From assembly GCF_018977255.1 (NCBI RefSeq), contig NW_024705395.1:1-48525 (forward strand): a stretch of 48,525 bases of DNA, given 5' to 3'. This document shows, in pieces, positions 47,927-48,525 of the stretch. The translations under genes and the position numbers were made by a program. Each line of letters opens with the position of its first letter. Position 1 is the first letter of the stretch. Origin of the DNA: Callorhinchus milii (Eukaryota). The notes under the pieces are model-generated. The model had not been told where the DNA came from, did not search any database, and was given only the letters and a program-made list of their open reading frames with translations.

Positions 47927-48525
47927 CAAGCAGGTACAGTAGGGGGTATTTGAGGACGAGGTTGTTGTTGCAGAGGCGTGAGAGGAGACGCGTTAAGTGG
48001 CGGAACAAGTGGTAAGGGCAACCGGGGATACGGGCCGGTGATTGGTTAAGAGGGTGATTGCTTAACGACTGGCGTCGCCCAGGCGGGGACAACAAAGTCA
48101 CGTGAGGCTGGGGGCCTGGGGGGCGAGGGGTAATTGAGGGGTGAGATAATTAATAGGGACTAATTGGGGTGGATATAAAAGGATAGCGTAACGGAGAGAG
48201 AGGGAGTCTTGGTCAGAGTCTTGGGGAAGCTGGAGTCTTGTTAGAGCTGGAGTCTGGAGAAGAGTTGGAGTGACGGTGCCCGGAATAGCGGAGAGCAGGA
48301 GGAAGGGAATACGATAACGGTAGCAGTGGGGAGAGAGATAGGTCAAGTACGGTAGCAGCGGATAGAGGAGACAGAGTGAGTGGTAGCAGTGGTAGCAGTG
48401 GTAGCAGTGGTAGCAGTGCATCAGAGAAGATACGGAGCAGGGTAGCAGCGGAGCGACGGATCTGGAGAGCTGGAGAGAGAACGGAGGGACATAGAGCGCG
48501 TTGATGGCGGATGGCGTGGCGGAGC
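47927..48525 (+). repeat. 3' LTR, lacking the PPT and the first ~54 bp; truncated by the window end
   Basis: Aligns to ~41941-42540 with scattered substitutions and indels. TTTTTCAAG joins straight to CAGGTACAGTAGGG. Confidence 0.88.

Larger units (their letters stand above)
41887..48525 (+). mobile_element. Near full-length Ty3/Gypsy LTR retrotransposon
   Basis: LTR-PBS-gag-PR-RT-RNaseH-IN-LTR order; the 3' LTR runs off the window. Confidence 0.95.

Overview
Eukaryotic, almost wholly transposon-derived DNA with no host gene. A lamprey or other vertebrate source is inferred from a V-SINE, a fish/lamprey-type Tc1 and GC-rich tRNA-Leu-primed Gypsy elements. (i) 1-3.7 kb: a large inverted duplication carrying Penelope-like (PLE) pseudo-LTRs with minimal type I hammerhead ribozymes. 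It encloses an interrupted LINE remnant, a PLE ORF tail and 2.3 tandem copies of a ~305-bp unit that folds into a rod. (ii) 3.7-6.1 kb: non-autonomous Helitron-like elements and a Gypsy integrase relic. (iii) 6.1-17.6 kb: a head-to-tail array of a ~3.46-kb non-autonomous LTR element (minus strand) with shared 450-bp LTRs, a tRNA-Leu PBS and an extra U5 match to the tRNA T-arm. (iv) 17.65-19.0 kb: a 1.36-kb near-perfect palindrome of a hammerhead-bearing PLE pLTR, then a 30-N gap. (v) 19.07-33.44 kb: a featureless, random-looking block with no credible ORF or repeat. It may be shuffled or artefactual and I make no biological call on it. (vi) 33.4-48.5 kb: several Gypsy relics, and a Tc1 inserted in a Gypsy integrase that is itself interrupted by a near full-length, frameshifted Gypsy element (LTR-PBS-gag-PR-RT-RH-IN-LTR).
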